DNA of 64,000 bases, taken from positions 111-64,110 of the forward strand of contig JAHFQX010000012.1 of NCBI GenBank assembly GCA_023259135.1. The letters are read 5' to 3'. The notes beneath the pieces were generated by a model, which was not told the origin of the DNA, made no database searches, and worked only from the letters and a program-made list of their open reading frames with translations. Positions within the stretch are counted from its first letter, which is position 1. The number at the start of each line of letters is the position of its first letter. Source of the DNA: Betaproteobacteria bacterium (lineage in GTDB: Bacteria; Pseudomonadota; Gammaproteobacteria; Burkholderiales; JAHFQX01). Made by a program: the position numbers and the translations under genes. Below, in pieces: positions 28,703-38,242 of the stretch.

Positions 28703-30688
28703 TTGGCCCCAGGGCCCCTTTCCGAATTGTCCGCCGATCCGCTGCTGGTGGCCGCCTCCGCTGCTGGGCTAGAAGCCGCTTTTGCCCTCGACGGCGGCTT
28801 GAGCCGCGCCGTCCCGGGCTATCGGATGCGTCCCCAGCAATTGGAGATGGCCCAAGCCGTGACCCAGGCACTGGAGCGCCACGGCATCCTGGTGGCGGAA
28901 GCCGGTACCGGCACCGGCAAGACCTTCGCTTATCTGGTTCCCGCGCTGCTGTCCGGCGGCAAGGTGATCCTCTCCACCGGCACCAAAACCCTCCAAGACC
29001 AACTGTTCCAAAAGGATCTGCCCGCGGTGCGCCAAGCTTTGCGGGTGCCCGTCACCGTGGCGCTGCTCAAGGGACGCGCCAACTATGTGTGCCACTATCA
29101 CTTGGAGCGGGCCTTGGAGAGCGGCCGCTTCATGAGCCGCGACGAGGTGCGGCAACTGCACCGCATCGCCGCCTATGCCCAGAGCACGTCCAGCGGCGAC
29201 AAGAGCGGCCTGCTCGACGTGCCGGAACATTCCCCGGTATGGCCGGCGGTGACCTCCACCCGGGACAATTGCCTGGGCGCCGAATGCTCCCATCATTCCC
29301 GCTGCTTCGTCCTGGAGGCCAGGAAACAAGCCCTGGAAGCCGATGTGGTCGTGGTCAATCATCATCTGTTTTTCGCCGACATCATGCTGCGGGACGAAGG
29401 GGCGGGAGAGCTGCTGCCGGCCTGCAATGCGGTGATTCTGGATGAAGCCCACCAGTTGCCGGAGATCGCCGGACTCTTCTTCGGCACCCATGTGTCTACC
29501 ACTGAACTGCTGGAACTGGCCCGGGACAGCGAATTGGAATCCCGGGCCGCGGCGGCGGATTTCGCCGCTTTGCCGGATGCCGCCCAAGCCTTGGACAAGG
29601 CGGCCCGCGACCTGCGGCTGGCTTTTCCGGCGGGACCGGCGCGGCTGCCCGCCCATGGGGTGTTCGGCAACACGGCTTTTGCCGTGGCATTGTCCGGACT
29701 GCGGAACAGCCTGGCGGCCCTCGGGAAAATTCTGGAGACCCAGGCCGAACGCAGCGAAGGGCTGGAGCGCTGCCGGCAGCGGGCGCTGGAACTGGTTGCC
29801 CGCTTGGAATCCTGGGACGGTCCGGCAACGGCCGGCGAAGTGCGCTGGGTCGAGGTGTTTACCCATGCGGTACAGCTCAACGCGACGCCCCTTTCGGTGG
29901 CGGACATCTTTCAGCGGGAAATCGCCTCCCGCCCCCGCGCCTGGATTTTTACCTCCGCCACCTTGGCGGTGAACGGAGATTTTTCCCTGTATCGCGGCCA
30001 ATTGGGCCTGGAGGACAGCGAAACCGCCTACTGGGCCAGTCCTTTCGATTATCCCCGGCAGGCCCTGCTCTACGTTCCTTCCGGGCTGCCGCCCCCCAAT
30101 ACCCCCGGCTATACCGAGGCGGCGGTGGCGGCGGCGCTGCCGCTGATCCGCGCCGCCGGCGGCCGGAGCTTTTTCCTATGCACCTCGCTGCGGGCCATGG
30201 GAGAAGTCCACAAGCTATTGCAGGCTTTTTTCCAGGAAGCCGGCCTCGACTATCCGTTGCTGTTGCAAGGCGAGCGGCCCCGCAACGACTTGCTGGAATC
30301 CTTCCGCCGCCTGGGCAATGCCGTGCTGGTGGGCAGCCAGTCGTTTTGGGAGGGGGTGGACGTGCGGGGCGAGGCCCTGTCCCTGGTGATCATCGACCGG
30401 CTGCCTTTCGCCTCCCCCGACGATCCGCTGGTGGCGGGCCGCATCGAGCAGCTCAGGCGGGCGGGTCGCAATCCTTTCATGGAATACCAGCTTCCCGAAG
30501 CGGTCATTACCCTCAAACAGGGCGCCGGCCGCCTGATCCGCGACGAAACCGACCGGGGTGTGCTGATGATCTGCGACCCGCGCCTAGTCTCCAGCCGCTA
30601 CGGCAAACGCATCTGGCGCAGCCTGCCGCCCATGCGCCGGACCCGAGAGTTGAAGGACGCCCTGGAGTTTTTCGGTGTTGCGCCTTAG
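28703..30688 (+). CDS. DinG/YoaA-family ATP-dependent DNA helicase (XPD-like, Fe-S cluster)
   Basis: Contains AEAGTGTGKT, DEAH, and a Cys cluster (C..NCLGAECSHHSRC). The C-terminal motifs are GSQSFWEGVD and QGAGRLIR. The TTG start is provisional. Confidence 0.85.
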   Translation: MAPGPLSELSADPLLVAASAAGLEAAFALDGGLSRAVPGYRMRPQQLEMAQAVTQALERHGILVAEAGTGTGKTFAYLVPALLSGGKVILSTGTKTLQDQLFQKDLPAVRQALRVPVTVALLKGRANYVCHYHLERALESGRFMSRDEVRQLHRIAAYAQSTSSGDKSGLLDVPEHSPVWPAVTSTRDNCLGAECSHHSRCFVLEARKQALEADVVVVNHHLFFADIMLRDEGAGELLPACNAVILDEAHQLPEIAGLFFGTHVSTTELLELARDSELESRAAAADFAALPDAAQALDKAARDLRLAFPAGPARLPAHGVFGNTAFAVALSGLRNSLAALGKILETQAERSEGLERCRQRALELVARLESWDGPATAGEVRWVEVFTHAVQLNATPLSVADIFQREIASRPRAWIFTSATLAVNGDFSLYRGQLGLEDSETAYWASPFDYPRQALLYVPSGLPPPNTPGYTEAAVAAALPLIRAAGGRSFFLCTSLRAMGEVHKLLQAFFQEAGLDYPLLLQGERPRNDLLESFRRLGNAVLVGSQSFWEGVDVRGEALSLVIIDRLPFASPDDPLVAGRIEQLRRAGRNPFMEYQLPEAVITLKQGAGRLIRDETDRGVLMICDPRLVSSRYGKRIWRSLPPMRRTRELKDALEFFGVAP

Positions 30689-30889
30689 CAAGGGCTATGG
30701 AGTTTTACCAAAGCCAGCGAGCCGAATGCGCCGAATGCATAGTGCGGTAAACTCGACCTGGGTTGCATGATCTTTCGGGGCTCCGTGAACCTTGAGGGAT
30801 TATCTGTTTTCGATTCATAATCCGGCTGAGGGCGGCCGATGAGGCTGTCCCATCTCTTTACAACACGTAAAATCGGAGGAGAAACTCTA

Positions 30890-31939
30890 ATGGCACATTC
30901 TTTTCGGGCCGCCCTGGCGGGCGGTTGCGCGATTTCCCTGATGCTGACATCCGTTTCCGGATATTCCCAGGACAAGAAAATCGTGCTGCGGGTGGCGGAC
31001 TCCTTTCCGGCCGCTGGGCATTATTTTGCCGAGCCGGCGGCCAAGTATTTCATGGAAGCGGTGAAGAAAGCCACCAACGGCCAGGTGGAGTTCGAGCACT
31101 ACCCCGCCGAGCAATTGGGCAAGGCCAAGGATCTGCTGGCGCTGACTTTGTCCGGCGTGGCCGATATCGGTTCGGTGATGCCGTCCTACGCCTCCGATAA
31201 GATGCCGCTATCCTCGGTGGCCGAGCTGCCGGGCAATTTCGCCACCTCCTGCGAGGGAACCTTGGCTTATTGGAAAGTGGCCCGGGACGGCGCCTTGGCT
31301 CAGAAAGAATACGCTCCCAACGGCATTCGCATTCTGTTTACTCTGGTGAGCGTGCCCTACCAAGCGCTGATGAAGCAGAAGATGGATTCCATCAAGGATA
31401 TGGAAGGGAAGAAAATGCGCTCCTTGGGAGCTTCCATGGATATCTCCATGCGCAAGCTCAAGGCCGTGCCTATTCGCATGGCGGCTCCGGAGATCTACGA
31501 ATCCCTGTCCCGAGGCACCTTGGACGGGGTGGTGGCCTCCTATAGCGCGGCGGTGTCTTATAACCTGCATACCTTGGCCAAATCCGTGACCGCCGGAGAG
31601 AATTTCGGCAGCGCCGTGCTGACTTATTCCATCAGCGAGGCGCGCTGGAAGAAGCTGCCCGAGAACGTCCAAAAAGCCATGCTGGAAGCGGGAGACGCCG
31701 CGACTCGCCGGGCTTGCGCCCTCATGGACAAGAACACCGAGCCGGATCTCGAAAAGATGCGCCAAGCCGGGATGTCGGTGGTCCGGCTGTCGGCGGCGGA
31801 GAAAAAGGACTTGCAATCGCTACTCGCCACCGTGGGCACGGAATGGGCCGAGGACCTTGATCGCCGTGGCAAGCCCGGCACCGAGGTGCTGAAAGCCTAT
31901 CTGGAGGCGTTGCAAGGCATCCGGCAGGGCCGGCCTTAA
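30890..31939 (+). CDS. DctP-family periplasmic solute-binding protein (third paralog)
   Basis: ATG at 30890 follows a GGAGGA site. A signal peptide is present. The protein is about 65% identical by eye to the 12265-13302 product (VEFEHYPAEQLGKAKDLLALTLSGVADIG). Confidence 0.8.
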   Translation: MAHSFRAALAGGCAISLMLTSVSGYSQDKKIVLRVADSFPAAGHYFAEPAAKYFMEAVKKATNGQVEFEHYPAEQLGKAKDLLALTLSGVADIGSVMPSYASDKMPLSSVAELPGNFATSCEGTLAYWKVARDGALAQKEYAPNGIRILFTLVSVPYQALMKQKMDSIKDMEGKKMRSLGASMDISMRKLKAVPIRMAAPEIYESLSRGTLDGVVASYSAAVSYNLHTLAKSVTAGENFGSAVLTYSISEARWKKLPENVQKAMLEAGDAATRRACALMDKNTEPDLEKMRQAGMSVVRLSAAEKKDLQSLLATVGTEWAEDLDRRGKPGTEVLKAYLEALQGIRQGRP

Positions 31940-31945
31940 GCCGGG

Positions 31946-33205
31946 ATGGGAGCTTCTTCCGGGGAGCGGGGGCATTCCGATCGAGGACTGGCCCTCGCCG
32001 TGCTGGCGGCGGTTTTCCTGCTGCACCTTGTAGGGCGCGGCGTCGGTGATAGTTACGGAGTGTTCATTCTTCCCTTGGAGCGGGAGTTCGGCTGGAGCCG
32101 TTCCCAGATCACCGGGGTGTATTCCCTCTATCTGGTGGTGTATGGGGTGGCGGGGCCGGTGGTGGGCTATCTGTTCGATCGCTGGGGACCGAGGGCGGTT
32201 TATTCCTTCGGACTGACCAGCCTGGGCTTGAGCTATATTCTGGCCGCGGGGTTCGGCTCGGTTTGGCAATTTCACATGGCCTTGGGCCTGTTTGCCGGTA
32301 TCGGGGTGGCCTCGGTGGGCATGGTGCCGGCCTCGGGATTGGTCAGCCGCTGGTACCGAGGGCGCCTTGGCACCGCCATCGCGGTGGCTTTTTCCGGATT
32401 CGCCGCGGGAATGCTGGTGATGGTGCCGTTTGCCCAGTACCTGGTTGAAGCCTATGGCTGGCGCATGGCCTACCGTACCCTAGGCGGGATATTGCTGGGC
32501 TTGCTGGCGCTCACCTTGCTTTTGCCATGGAAGACTTTCGCGGCCGGCCGGGCCGATATCGCCGCGACCCGCAAGGAACGGACCGAGCGCGGCGGCGACA
32601 TCAATTTGTTGCAAGCGTTAAGGATGAGGTCCTTCTGGGCCATGGCCCAGGTGCTGTTTTTTACCGGGATGATGATGTTCACGGTCCTGGTGCAGGTGGT
32701 GGCCTATCTCATCGAGACCGGATTTCCGCCTTTGCGGGCGGCTTCGGCCTATGGGATCGCCGGCAGTCTGTCGGTGGTCGGGATCATCGGCGCCGGCTGG
32801 ATGGGGGACCGGCTGGGTTACCGTACTACCGTTACCACCAGCTTCATTCTGACGGTGAGCGGGATCGTCTGCCTGCTGTTGCTCTCCCTTTACCCGTCTT
32901 ATGCGCTATTGACGGGGTTCGTGGTTTTGTTCGGTCTTTCCCAAGGAGCGCGGGGGCCGATTATTTCGGCCTTGTCGGCCCGCTTGTTCGCGGGCCGCGG
33001 TCAAGCCGCCATCTACGGGGCCGTTACCGCCTGCATGGGAGTGGGGGCCGCCATCGGGTCGTGGGCTTCTGGAGTCTTGCACGATTGGAGCGGAAACTAT
33101 CAGGCAAGCTTTGTGTTCGCTTGCCTGTGCGCCGGCTTCGGTGTTGCGCCGTTCTGGACGGTGCCGGCGTTGAGCAATGGATCGTCCGCCGGTAGCCACC
33201 TTTGA
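31946..33205 (+). CDS. MFS transporter (12 TM, oxalate/formate-antiporter-like or MCT-like)
   Basis: 419 aa, hydrophobic throughout. The loop motif GYLFDRWGPR lies after TM2. The gene starts 6 nt after the binding-protein stop. Confidence 0.8.
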   Translation: MGASSGERGHSDRGLALAVLAAVFLLHLVGRGVGDSYGVFILPLEREFGWSRSQITGVYSLYLVVYGVAGPVVGYLFDRWGPRAVYSFGLTSLGLSYILAAGFGSVWQFHMALGLFAGIGVASVGMVPASGLVSRWYRGRLGTAIAVAFSGFAAGMLVMVPFAQYLVEAYGWRMAYRTLGGILLGLLALTLLLPWKTFAAGRADIAATRKERTERGGDINLLQALRMRSFWAMAQVLFFTGMMMFTVLVQVVAYLIETGFPPLRAASAYGIAGSLSVVGIIGAGWMGDRLGYRTTVTTSFILTVSGIVCLLLLSLYPSYALLTGFVVLFGLSQGARGPIISALSARLFAGRGQAAIYGAVTACMGVGAAIGSWASGVLHDWSGNYQASFVFACLCAGFGVAPFWTVPALSNGSSAGSHL

Positions 33206-33259
33206 GCCTTGTCGGCATTTTTGCCAGCGTTTATTCAACCTAGAGGAGAACCACTCACC

Positions 33260-34426
33260 ATGAGCATCAAAGGCAAGGCCTACATCGCGGGAGTTTACGA
33301 ACACCCGATCCGCAGGGCCGATGATAAATCCATACCCCAGCTTCATGCCGAGGTCGCCAAAGGCGTCCTGGCGGATGCCGGGCTTTCCAAGAACGACGTC
33401 GACGGCTATTTCTGCGCGAGCGATGCGCCGGGCCTGGGCCCCATCAACATGGTGGATTACCTGGGGCTCAAGGTGCGGCACGTCGATTCCACCGACATCG
33501 GCGGCTCGTCCTACGTGATGCACGTCGGGCATGCCGCCGAGGCCATCGCCGCGGGCAAGTGCAACGTGGCGCTCATTACCTTAGCCGGCCGGCCGAAAGC
33601 CGATGGCATGGCCACCGGAACGGCTCCCAGGATTTTTGGGCTCACTCCGGACCTGCCCTTCGAATTTCCCTTCGGGCCGGTCACGGTGAATATGTACGGC
33701 ATGGCGGCGATGCGCCACATGCACCAGTACGGCACCACCAGCGAGCAACTGGCCTGGATCCGGGTGGCCGCGTCCCATCACGCTCAGCACAACCCCCATG
33801 CCGTGATGCGCGACGTCGTCACCGTCGAGGAAGTGGTCAATTCCCCCATGATCTCCGACCCGCTGCATCGGTTGGACTGTTGCGTCATCAGCGACGGCGG
33901 CGGGGCGATTATCGTGACCCGCCCGGAAATCGCCAAGAGCCTCAAGCGCCCGCTGGTGAAGGTGTTGGGGGCCGGAGAGGCGCCGAAAGGGCAGATGGGA
34001 GGCAAACTTGACCTGACCACCACCGCCGCGGCTTGGTCAGGCCCCGCCGCCTTCGAGGAGGCAGGGGTCAAGCCCGCGGATATCCAATACGCTTCCATCT
34101 ACGACAGCTTCACCATCACCGTGTTGCTGCAGCTTGAAGACCTGGGATTTTGCAAGAAGGGCGAGGGCGGCAAGTTTGTCTCGGATGGCAACTTGATCTC
34201 CGGGGTCGGCAAACTACCCTTCAACACCGATGGCGGCGGCTTGTGCAACAACCATCCCTCCAATCGGGGAGGATTGACCAAGGTGGTGGAGGCGGTGCGC
34301 CAGTTGCGCAACGAGGCCCACCCCAAGGTTCAGGTAAAAAACTGCGCCCTGGCGCTGGCCCACGGAACCGGCGGTTCCATCGGCACCCGGCACGGCGGCG
34401 CCACCCTCATCATGGAAAGGGAGTAA
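33260..34426 (+). CDS. Thiolase-superfamily protein (SCP-x/Ltp type) lacking the canonical nucleophilic Cys
   Basis: MSIKGKAYIAGVYEHP... By-eye alignment places GSSY where thiolases have CASG. NTDGGGLCNNHP is retained. A DUF35 gene lies 4 nt downstream. Confidence 0.75.
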   Translation: MSIKGKAYIAGVYEHPIRRADDKSIPQLHAEVAKGVLADAGLSKNDVDGYFCASDAPGLGPINMVDYLGLKVRHVDSTDIGGSSYVMHVGHAAEAIAAGKCNVALITLAGRPKADGMATGTAPRIFGLTPDLPFEFPFGPVTVNMYGMAAMRHMHQYGTTSEQLAWIRVAASHHAQHNPHAVMRDVVTVEEVVNSPMISDPLHRLDCCVISDGGGAIIVTRPEIAKSLKRPLVKVLGAGEAPKGQMGGKLDLTTTAAAWSGPAAFEEAGVKPADIQYASIYDSFTITVLLQLEDLGFCKKGEGGKFVSDGNLISGVGKLPFNTDGGGLCNNHPSNRGGLTKVVEAVRQLRNEAHPKVQVKNCALALAHGTGGSIGTRHGGATLIMERE

Positions 34427-34430
34427 TCCA

Positions 34431-34823
34431 ATGAGCGTCAAGGAAAGAAAAATTCCGGCCCCTACGGTTTATCCGGAAACCCAGGTTTATTGGGAAGCCG
34501 CCGTCCAGGGCAAGCTGATGATCAAGCGATGCGCCGCCTGCGGCGAGTATCACCACTACCCGCGTTCCATCTGCCCGTTCTGTTTCAGCGACAAGACGGA
34601 ATGGCGCGAGGCAGCCGGGAAAGGGGAGATTTACACCTACAGCGTGATGCGCCGTCTGGAGATTCCCTACGCCATCGCCTACGTCACCCTGGAAGAAGGG
34701 GTGAGCATGATGACCAATATCGTCGATTGCGATCTGGATACGATCCGCATCGGCCAGAAGGTCCGGGTCGTGTTCCGCCCTTCCGATGGCGGGCCTCCGG
34801 TGCCGATGTTTGCGCCGATCTGA
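34431..34823 (+). CDS. DUF35 Zn-ribbon/OB-fold protein
   Basis: 130 aa with a CAAC..(14)..CPFC zinc ribbon. Confidence 0.8.
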   Translation: MSVKERKIPAPTVYPETQVYWEAAVQGKLMIKRCAACGEYHHYPRSICPFCFSDKTEWREAAGKGEIYTYSVMRRLEIPYAIAYVTLEEGVSMMTNIVDCDLDTIRIGQKVRVVFRPSDGGPPVPMFAPI

Positions 34824-34856
34824 GGAGGCTTCCCGGGTACGCGACGGCGCATTCCC

Positions 34857-34890
34857 AAAAAACAGCCCCGGCAGGCCGGGGCTGTTTTGT
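34857..34890. terminator. Bidirectional intrinsic terminator between convergent operons
   Basis: AAAAAACAGCCCCGG-CAGG-CCGGGGCTGTTTTGTT: a perfect 11-bp stem flanked by an A-tract and a T-tract. Confidence 0.85.
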
Positions 34891-34930
34891 TACCAACCGC
34901 TGCGGTTACGGGGGGCGTCTTGGCATCTCG

Positions 34931-36085
34931 CTAACCCGGCAGATCCAGCACGTTCTTAGCCAGGATGTTGCGCTGGATTTCGTTGCTGCCGCCATAAATG
35001 GTGGCAGGCCGGGCGTTGTAGAACGGGGACAGGATATCCACGGAATCCTTGCGGAACGCCACCTTGCCGCCGAGGGCTCCGGCATCGCCGGCCGCTTCCA
35101 GGGTGAGCTCGGTGAGCCGCTGGAAGGTTTCGGTGGCGACGATCTTCAGGATGGACACATCGGGTCCCAGGGTCTCCCCCCGTTTCAGCAGGTCGGCGAA
35201 TCGGCCGTAGGCGGAAGCCAGGTCGGCGACGTCCAGGCGAAGCTGAGTGTAGCGGTCCATGAAGGCCGGGTCCCGGGTGAGCCCCTGGCTTTGCACGATG
35301 GCTTCCAGCCGCTTGAGCCCGGTCTGGGCCAGCTTGGGGCTGCCGATGGAAATGCGCTCGAAGCCCAGCAGCGCCTTGGCCATGGTCCAGCCTTGGTTGG
35401 GCTTGCCCACCAGCCATTGGGCGGGGGTGCGGACGTTGTCGAGGAACACCTGGGCGAACACCTCGACCCCCAGCAGGTTGCGGATGGGCCGTATGGTGAT
35501 GCCGGGAGTTTTCATGTCCACCAGCAGGAAGCTGATGCCTTCTTGCTTCTTGGCCTGCTTGTCGGTGCGCACCAGGATGAACATGTGGGTGGCATCCATG
35601 GCGTAGCTGGTCCAGATTTTGGAGCCGTTGATCACGTATTCGTCGCCGTCCAGCACCGCCTCGGTCTTGAGGTTGGCTAAATCGGAGCCGGCGTTGGGCT
35701 CGGAGTAGCCCTGGCACCAGATGTACTCGCCCCGCAGCGTGGGGGGCAGGAATCGCTTTTTCTGCTCCTCGGTGGCGAATTTAATGAGCAGCGGCCCCAG
35801 CAGGATGATGCCCATGTCGGGGGTGCGGGCCACGCCGTGGCGTTCCTGCTCTTCGATGAAGATGAGCAACTTGCTGGGAGACAGGCCCATGCCGCCCCAC
35901 TCCTTGGGCCAGCCCGGCGCGGCCCAGCCTTTGTCGACCAATTTCTTGTACCAATCCTTGGTATCGGCCCAGCGCAAGTGGTAGGCCGGGAAGCGCAAGT
36001 GCTCCGGGTATTGCTTCTGGAAGAAGCCGCGGACCTCCAGGCGGAAAGCCTCGTCGGCCATTTTGTCCCAATCTCGGGTTTGCAT
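34931..36085 (-). CDS. Acyl-CoA dehydrogenase (putative catalytic subunit of a pair)
   Basis: 384 aa with YSEPNAGSD, GFERIS (IVD-type Glu) and IYGGSNEIQRNI. Confidence 0.88.
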   Translation of the reverse strand: MQTRDWDKMADEAFRLEVRGFFQKQYPEHLRFPAYHLRWADTKDWYKKLVDKGWAAPGWPKEWGGMGLSPSKLLIFIEEQERHGVARTPDMGIILLGPLLIKFATEEQKKRFLPPTLRGEYIWCQGYSEPNAGSDLANLKTEAVLDGDEYVINGSKIWTSYAMDATHMFILVRTDKQAKKQEGISFLLVDMKTPGITIRPIRNLLGVEVFAQVFLDNVRTPAQWLVGKPNQGWTMAKALLGFERISIGSPKLAQTGLKRLEAIVQSQGLTRDPAFMDRYTQLRLDVADLASAYGRFADLLKRGETLGPDVSILKIVATETFQRLTELTLEAAGDAGALGGKVAFRKDSVDILSPFYNARPATIYGGSNEIQRNILAKNVLDLPG

Positions 36086-36115
36086 CGTGATGACTCCTGA
36101 AATGAGTGCCGTGGA

Positions 36116-37228
36116 TTATGCGGCGGCTTCCGCCGGAGCCAGGGCGGCATAGCGGTGGCGATGCGTCGCGCCGTTGCCCAGCCAAGCCGACAAGACCATG
36201 GCGCGTTTCATATAAAGGCCGATGTCGCATTCGTCGGTAAAGCCGATGCCGCCGTGAATCTGAATCGACTCGCGGCCGATGCGCATGCCGGCTTCCGAGC
36301 AGCGGTATTTCACCCGGCTCGCCCACAGGCTGAGGCCGGAAGGGTCGGCGGCCAGGTGCAGCAAGGCATCCCGCAGCACCGAGAAGGACAGCTCCTTCTG
36401 GATGAACAAATCCACCGCCCGGTGCTGCAGGGCCTGGAAGCTGCCGATGGGTTTGCCGAACTGCACCCGGATGCGCATGTACTCCAGGGTGATCTCCAGG
36501 GCGCGGCTCATTACGCCCAGCAGTTCGGCCCCGGCCATGAGGGTGGCTTCGTCCACCGCCCGCTGCAAAGCCGCGCCGGCGGTTTTTCCGGAGGCGGCCA
36601 GTTGGGAGTCGGATACTTTCGCGTTCCGCAGCGTGATGCGGCCGCAGCGGGTGCCGTCGGCGCGGGATTCGTATTCCACGGTGAGGCCGGCGGTCCCTTT
36701 CTCCACCCAGTACAGCACGGGACCGTTGCCGCTTTGGGCCGAGACCAGATAGCCGTCGGCATCGGCGGGAAAGACGAAGCGCTTGCCGCCGTTCAAGCCG
36801 CCGCCCTCGGCCCGGGTGGCGAGGGCCAGGGGATCGATGCCTCCCTCCGATTCCTGCCACGCCAGGGCGGGGAGAATTTCACCGGAGGCGATGCCGGGCA
36901 GCAATTTTTTCTTAAGGGCCTCGTTGCCGCCGTGGAGCAGGGCCCTGGCGGCCAGCACCGCGGACGGATTCAAGGGCTCCGGCGACAGGGTCTTGGCGAA
37001 TTCCTCCAACACCGCCGCCATTTCACTCAGCCCCAGCCCCATGCCGCCGTATTCTTCGGGGATCATGATGCCGGTCCAGCCCAATTCGGCGATGGTTTTC
37101 CACACGGCCTTGTCGAATCCCGGCGCGCTGTCCCGCAACTCGCGCACCCGGGCGATACTGGTGTCGCGGGCGGCGAAGGTGGTCACCGCATCCCGCAGCA
37201 TCCGGTTCTGGTCTTCTTGCTGACTCAT
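36116..37228 (-). CDS. Acyl-CoA dehydrogenase family protein (Glu absent at both usual catalytic-base positions by eye)
   Basis: 370 aa with an ACAD fold. It reads VDEATL where others have xxERx, and AWLGNGATH where others have IYEGTxEI. Confidence 0.8.
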   Translation of the reverse strand: MSQQEDQNRMLRDAVTTFAARDTSIARVRELRDSAPGFDKAVWKTIAELGWTGIMIPEEYGGMGLGLSEMAAVLEEFAKTLSPEPLNPSAVLAARALLHGGNEALKKKLLPGIASGEILPALAWQESEGGIDPLALATRAEGGGLNGGKRFVFPADADGYLVSAQSGNGPVLYWVEKGTAGLTVEYESRADGTRCGRITLRNAKVSDSQLAASGKTAGAALQRAVDEATLMAGAELLGVMSRALEITLEYMRIRVQFGKPIGSFQALQHRAVDLFIQKELSFSVLRDALLHLAADPSGLSLWASRVKYRCSEAGMRIGRESIQIHGGIGFTDECDIGLYMKRAMVLSAWLGNGATHRHRYAALAPAEAAA

Positions 37229-37268
37229 GGTCTACCTCTCAAAGTAAAAAATGATTCGGTCAGGAGAA

Positions 37269-38129
37269 TTATTCCCGAATGTCCGCCCGCCCGTTGCTGA
37301 GCACCACCACATCCCTTTCCAACACCCTGGATCGGAAGGAGACGACCCCGCCGCTCTTCCACATTTCGGTGCGGATGGTCTCCCCCGGGTAGACCGGGGC
37401 GGAAAAGCGGACTTGCAGGCCGGTCAGCCGGCTGGCGTCGTAGCCGCAACAGGTCTTGATGACGGCATGGGCGGCGGTGCCGTAGGTGCAGAGGCCATGC
37501 AGGATCGGCATGGGGAAACCGGCGGCCTTGGCCACCTTGGGATCGCCGTGGAGCGGATTATAGTCGCCGCTCAGCCGGTAGATGAGGGCCTGCCGGGGCA
37601 GCGTGGCCAGGTCGCAGGTTTTTTCCGGGGTTCCCTCGGGCACCGTGTGCAGCGGCGGAGTGGGGCCGGAAGGGCCGCCGAAGCCGCCGTCGCCGCGGGC
37701 AAAGGTGGATGACACGATGGTAGAGAGAGGGTCTCCGTTGGTTTTGTTGTAGAGCTTGCGCTCGATGTACACCACCGCGCCTTTGCCTTCGCCCTTGTCG
37801 ATGACGCTGGTGATGCGGGTATGGCCCACCACGGTGGCTTCCGGGGGCAGCGGTTTGTGGGCGGTGAGCCACTGCTCGCCATGCACCACTTTCAAGTAGT
37901 TGATGCCGGATTCCGGAGCGCGCATCCAGGAGCCTGGGGAGCCCAGCACCACCGCCATGGTGGGCAGGGCTTTGAGGTTTTCCTCGTAGACGTATTGGAG
38001 CTGGTTCTCGTCCATCGGGTCGGCGCCGAAGCCCAGCCCGAGGGCATACAGCATAACGTCCCGCTTGCTGTAGGTTTGCTCGACCTCGGGGAATTTCCAC
38101 GCCATCAGCTTTTCGTAGTTAATCGCCAT
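37269..38129 (-). CDS. Double-hotdog MaoC-type enoyl-CoA hydratase (hydratase-2/MFE-2-like)
   Basis: 286 aa. The N-terminal hotdog is followed by a C-terminal MaoC domain (YRLSGDYNPLHGDPKVAKAAGFPMPILHGL). Confidence 0.85.
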   Translation of the reverse strand: MAINYEKLMAWKFPEVEQTYSKRDVMLYALGLGFGADPMDENQLQYVYEENLKALPTMAVVLGSPGSWMRAPESGINYLKVVHGEQWLTAHKPLPPEATVVGHTRITSVIDKGEGKGAVVYIERKLYNKTNGDPLSTIVSSTFARGDGGFGGPSGPTPPLHTVPEGTPEKTCDLATLPRQALIYRLSGDYNPLHGDPKVAKAAGFPMPILHGLCTYGTAAHAVIKTCCGYDASRLTGLQVRFSAPVYPGETIRTEMWKSGGVVSFRSRVLERDVVVLSNGRADIRE

Positions 38130-38242
38130 AATTCTCTCTCCGTGGTGAATGGGTTAATTTCAAATGCAGACCCCTGAAGCGCAACGGACATCCCGGGCGT
38201 CGGGCCTCGGGATGTCCGGGGTGGGCGGCCAAGCCGTTGCTC

